Made by a program: the position numbers and the translations under genes
Notes under the pieces: generated by a model
Seen by the model: only the letters and a program-made list of their open reading frames with translations
What the model was told of the DNA's origin: nothing
Databases searched by the model: none
Origin: an uncultured Spirochaetota bacterium
Lineage (GTDB): Bacteria; Spirochaetota; Brevinematia; Brevinematales; JAOACQ01
DNA length: 64,000 bases
Reading direction: 5' to 3'
Assembly: GCA_963783575.1 (NCBI GenBank)
Contig: CAWAOD010000005.1
Span: 256,001 to 320,000 of the forward strand
Shown here: positions 60,693 to 64,000 of the stretch, piece after piece
Numbering within the stretch: the stretch's first letter is position 1
How the letters are laid out: every line of letters starts with the position of its first letter

Positions 60693-61274
60693 ATGTATAA
60701 GATGATATTGATGTTATTATTAATTTTTTTATCAGCGGAATTATTCGGTTTGAAAAAAGATTTTAATTTTATGGGATTAAAACTGGGTATGACCCAGCAG
60801 GAAATAACAAATGTTTTATTATTAAATCCCAGGCTTAAAATTGATGAATCAAGGTTTTTCGGTAAAATCAATGATGCGTTGCCTTTTATTATAAAAGCAG
60901 TATATCCGCCGTATATTGATAATATATATGCGCAGTTTTACAGCAATATTTGTTATGGAATTACAATTCAATTCAATCCGGATTATTTTGATTATTTTTC
61001 ATTATCTGAAAACTTGGAAGATAAATATGGGATGCCCAAATTAAAAACTTCAAGGATTGTTTTGTGGGAAGGTATTTTCACAAATTCACCGGATCAGGGA
61101 TCCAAAGACCAGGGGAAAGATATTAGGCTCCGCCTGGAATATCCATCCACTGTTAAAATCTTCAATTACAAAATGATGAATGAAATGAACAATGAATTAC
61201 ATCAAAATAACATTAAAATAACAAATGAATCGGTTGACGAATCTAACCGGCGGGCAATACTTTCAGAACTATAA
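60693..61274 (+). CDS. Exported hypothetical protein
   Basis: Signal peptide; F.GLKLGM, L..KYG.P, LEYPSTVK. Confidence 0.7.
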   Translation: MYKMILMLLLIFLSAELFGLKKDFNFMGLKLGMTQQEITNVLLLNPRLKIDESRFFGKINDALPFIIKAVYPPYIDNIYAQFYSNICYGITIQFNPDYFDYFSLSENLEDKYGMPKLKTSRIVLWEGIFTNSPDQGSKDQGKDIRLRLEYPSTVKIFNYKMMNEMNNELHQNNIKITNESVDESNRRAILSEL

Positions 61275-61311
61275 TTTTTTAATTTTTTAAAACAAATATT
61301 TTGAGGTTTTT

Positions 61312-61728
61312 ATGGTTGAGACAAGGTCAATTGAGATCCAATCAAAAGGCCACCTCGATATTATTGATTTAACCGAAAATATAAAGATTGAATTAAATTC
61401 ATCGGCAGTCACAAACGGCTCCGCCGTTTTATTTGTGCCGGGTTCAACTGGTGCACTGACAACGCTGGAATTTGAGCCGGGTTTATTGAAAGACATCAAG
61501 GATTTTCTGGAAAATCTGGCGCCTTATAATAGAAATTACAATCACCATAAAACCTGGGGTGATGATAACGGTTCGGGACATTTATTAAGTGCCCTTATAA
61601 AAACTTCCTTTTCAGTTCCTGTTTTGAATAAGCAAATGATTCTAGGGACATGGCAGCAGATAGTTTTTATCGAGTGCGATACACGTCCAAGAAACAGGAA
61701 AATCATTCTTCAACTCATGGGGGATTAG
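61312..61728 (+). CDS. yjbQ: YjbQ / UPF0047 family protein
   Basis: D.T, G....FVPGSTG.LT..E.EPGL..D, DNG..H, LGTWQ.I.F.E.D.RPR.R. Confidence 0.9.
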   Translation: MVETRSIEIQSKGHLDIIDLTENIKIELNSSAVTNGSAVLFVPGSTGALTTLEFEPGLLKDIKDFLENLAPYNRNYNHHKTWGDDNGSGHLLSALIKTSFSVPVLNKQMILGTWQQIVFIECDTRPRNRKIILQLMGD

Positions 61729-61879
61729 TCCGAATTCATTAATTATAATTTATTTAAAAAATTATTTGTTTCTGTATATATTTGAAAATACAATCTTTTT
61801 CACCTATTATTGAAGTTTTAAATAAAAGTAATTATAATTTATTTAATGATAAGGAATTTTAGTAATTCCGGAGTTATTC

Positions 61880-62083
61880 GTGGTCAAAAATGGCAAATTA
61901 TTAAATGAATTTAATAATAAATTCATAATAGAAAATCCATTAAATATTGAAAAGTCCTATCAAATGTTCGAATGGATGGCAGATGAAGCGAAATTTTTAA
62001 ATAAATTAATCCATAAAGACCCGATGGAAGATCTGGAAATTAAAATAAAAATAGCCAGGATATTAAATTGTATAAAGAATTAA
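61880..62083 (+). CDS. Small hypothetical protein overlapping a nucleotidyltransferase gene
   Basis: GGAG RBS, GTG start, 67 aa, 16-nt overlap with the next ORF. Confidence 0.6.
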   Translation: MVKNGKLLNEFNNKFIIENPLNIEKSYQMFEWMADEAKFLNKLIHKDPMEDLEIKIKIARILNCIKN

Positions 62084-62616
62084 TAACAAAAATAGCTCAT
62101 TTACTTAATGAGCAGAATATACCTTATATGATAATTGGCGGACAGGCTGTACTGTTATACGGAGAACCAAGATTTACAAGGGATGTAGATATTTCTTTAG
62201 GTCTGGATGCAGAAGGGTTTTTATTAATAAAAAATATTTGTGAATTATTATCTCTAAGGATCCTGCCTGATAAACCCCAAGCCTTTGTTCAAGACACTAT
62301 GGTTTTACCATGCATGGAAGAGGAAACTGGAATAAGAATAGATTTTATTTTTACAAATACTGAATATGAACATAATGCCATAAAAAAGGCAGCAGTATTT
62401 GATTTTGGAGGAATACCGGTTCATTTTGCCGGTAAAGAAGATGTCATCATATTGAAGATAATTGCCGGTAGGGAAAGAGATTTTGAGGATATTCGCTCTA
62501 TTTTATTAAAAAATAAAGACATTGATGAAAATTACATTGTTAAAAACCTCAAAATTTTTGATGATTTAATGGATACAAATATATTAAACAAATGGCTGGA
62601 ATTAAGGGCAAATTGA
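62068..62616 (+). CDS. Pol-beta-like nucleotidyltransferase (AbiEii/DUF6036-like)
   Basis: YMIIGGQAV..YG.PRFT.DVDI, IDF, ED.I.LK..AGR.RD..D motifs. Confidence 0.8.
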   Translation: MYKELITKIAHLLNEQNIPYMIIGGQAVLLYGEPRFTRDVDISLGLDAEGFLLIKNICELLSLRILPDKPQAFVQDTMVLPCMEEETGIRIDFIFTNTEYEHNAIKKAAVFDFGGIPVHFAGKEDVIILKIIAGRERDFEDIRSILLKNKDIDENYIVKNLKIFDDLMDTNILNKWLELRAN

Positions 62617-62639
62617 CCCGGTATGGCTTCATTCAAGCG

Positions 62640-63771
62640 CTATTTTATTTTTTTAATAAAGATCCTGTATGTTTTATAACGCTCGGCGTCAAGGTGATTT
62701 AATGAATCAAGCATACGATTATTTGTCTCAACAATATTCGACATCTCTACTTCATTAAAACCAAGCCTTATACCGTTATCAATAATATTCATATACATCG
62801 CTATTTCAAGGCCGAGATTCCGGTATTCCTCAAGAACACCCATAAGCATAAGCCGGAAACGGTCGGTTTTATTTAAACCTAGGAAATGCAGAAAACCGAA
62901 TGGAAATAGCCGCCCGTTCATTTTTTTAACGGCCTGGTTGGCATCATATACGCTCAAAGCAAAGCCAACAGGTTTATCATAGACCTCTGCAATGTAAGTC
63001 ATTGGCTTTATTACTACCCCCATCAGTCCATCCTTAAAACGGTTCCAGTTCGCGGTCCGTTAAAGTAATATGCCCCCAATTCCTGCTCCATGCTTCATTA
63101 AAGATTTTTTTTACTATCGCAGCTTCGATGTTAAGATCCCGCGATTTTTCCATTGACCATATTTTAATACCCGGATTTTTTAAAATTCTATCTCTGACCT
63201 TATAATATCTGGGATCAATATTTTTATCAGTTATTCCCTTTCTGCCCCTGAATGCATACCAGTCGACTGACTTCATAAAGCCGCATTCTTCAAGCAGCTT
63301 TTGATAATATTGAGGATTATGAATGTTCATAATATATGGATCGGAATCAAACCCATTCACAAGTATACCCATCTCATCATAGGTACTGAAACTGAAAGGG
63401 CCTTCTATAGAATTAATTTTATTTTGCTTTAAAAATTCCTCAGCCTTCGCGAAAAGGGCGTGTGCAGTTTCTAAATTATTTTCACACTCAAAGAAACCGA
63501 AAAACCCTTTTTTATCATTGTATAATTCATTATGCCTCTTATTGATATGGGATGAAATTCTTCCGACAGCCCGGCCGTTTCTTAAAGCCATTAATAAAAG
63601 AGCATTTCCATATTCAAAAAAAACTCCCTTTTGGGGGTTTAAAAATTCAAGCTGATCGAAAATCAAAGGAGGAACCCAGTGAGGATCATTCTTGTATATC
63701 CCCCAGGGCATTTTAATAAAAGATAAAAGTTCATTATGAGATTTTACAGGTACAATTTGTAAATCAGACAT
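62640..63771 (-). CDS. YghO-like tandem GNAT protein, apparent 1-bp frameshift near 63041
   Basis: FI..PW.IY..DP.WVPPL, GRI, GFFGFFEC, GPF, NP.YY, AW..NWG in ORF 63034-63771. D.NQ....NGRL.PFG, MGV..EYR..G, ETN..M, YK.YR in ORF 62640-63023. Removing one C from GAACCGTTTT (minus strand) joins them. Confidence 0.8.
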
Positions 63772-63909
63772 AAATCCCTCCGTTTATAAGATATCCGGGA
63801 ATACAAATTAGCAACCGGCACAAAATATAAAAACCGGAAAATTTATCTTTTTATTTTTATAAATTATAATATATTTTATTAGTTTTGCAATAATATCAGG
63901 CAGGAAAAA

Positions 63910-64000
63910 ATGGCTTCAGAAATCACCGCCGGAATTTTCAATGATTCATATCCTCCATTAATGGACGGTGTAGCCAATACAGTGAAAAATTACGCATACT
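63910..64000 (+). CDS. Glycosyltransferase family 4 protein, 5' fragment truncated by window end
   Basis: ATG 63910 after AGGA: MASEITAGIFNDSYPPLMDGVANTVKNYAY matches the GT4 N-terminal F.DSY.P..DGV pattern. Confidence 0.7.
   Translation, partial: MASEITAGIFNDSYPPLMDGVANTVKNYAY

Overview
AT-rich bacterial chromosomal window, most likely from a spirochaete. This placement is inferred from the ispE-spoVG-tRNA-Gln-prs-rplY-pth-tilS-hpt-ftsH gene order, an isolated FlgH-like gene and spirochaete-style OmpA/TPR proteins. Bases ~14.3-64 kb are mostly housekeeping genes: phoB/phoR-like pair, tpx, dxs, ftsH, tilS, prs, ilvE, lolD/lolE, acpP, coaD, pta, queC, recX, clpB, trmB, gatC and argS. They also hold one complete IS1380-family element (inverted repeats plus a 5-bp target duplication) and a small ORF/nucleotidyltransferase pair. 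Bases 1-14.3 kb are a co-oriented accessory locus and the best candidate for an undescribed system. It starts with an exported protein ending in a LAS-type (H-x6-D...HxH) zinc peptidoglycan-peptidase-like domain. Next come three tandem exported paralogues whose AT-rich variable bodies are separated by ~450-bp direct repeats (conserved helical C-terminus, hairpin, RBS and the next signal peptide). Then come a disrupted lipoprotein gene and a ~2,700-codon mosaic NHL/FlgD-Ig/Ig-repeat surface protein split by one in-frame TGA. Other observations are a three-copy motif around the spoVG start that could form alternative RBS-occluding hairpins, and Thr-Asn enrichment in exported proteins. Several single-base frameshifts in normally conserved genes (hpt, ispE) suggest consensus errors, so every gene disruption here needs read-level confirmation. 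All family assignments come from motif recognition; no database searches were run.
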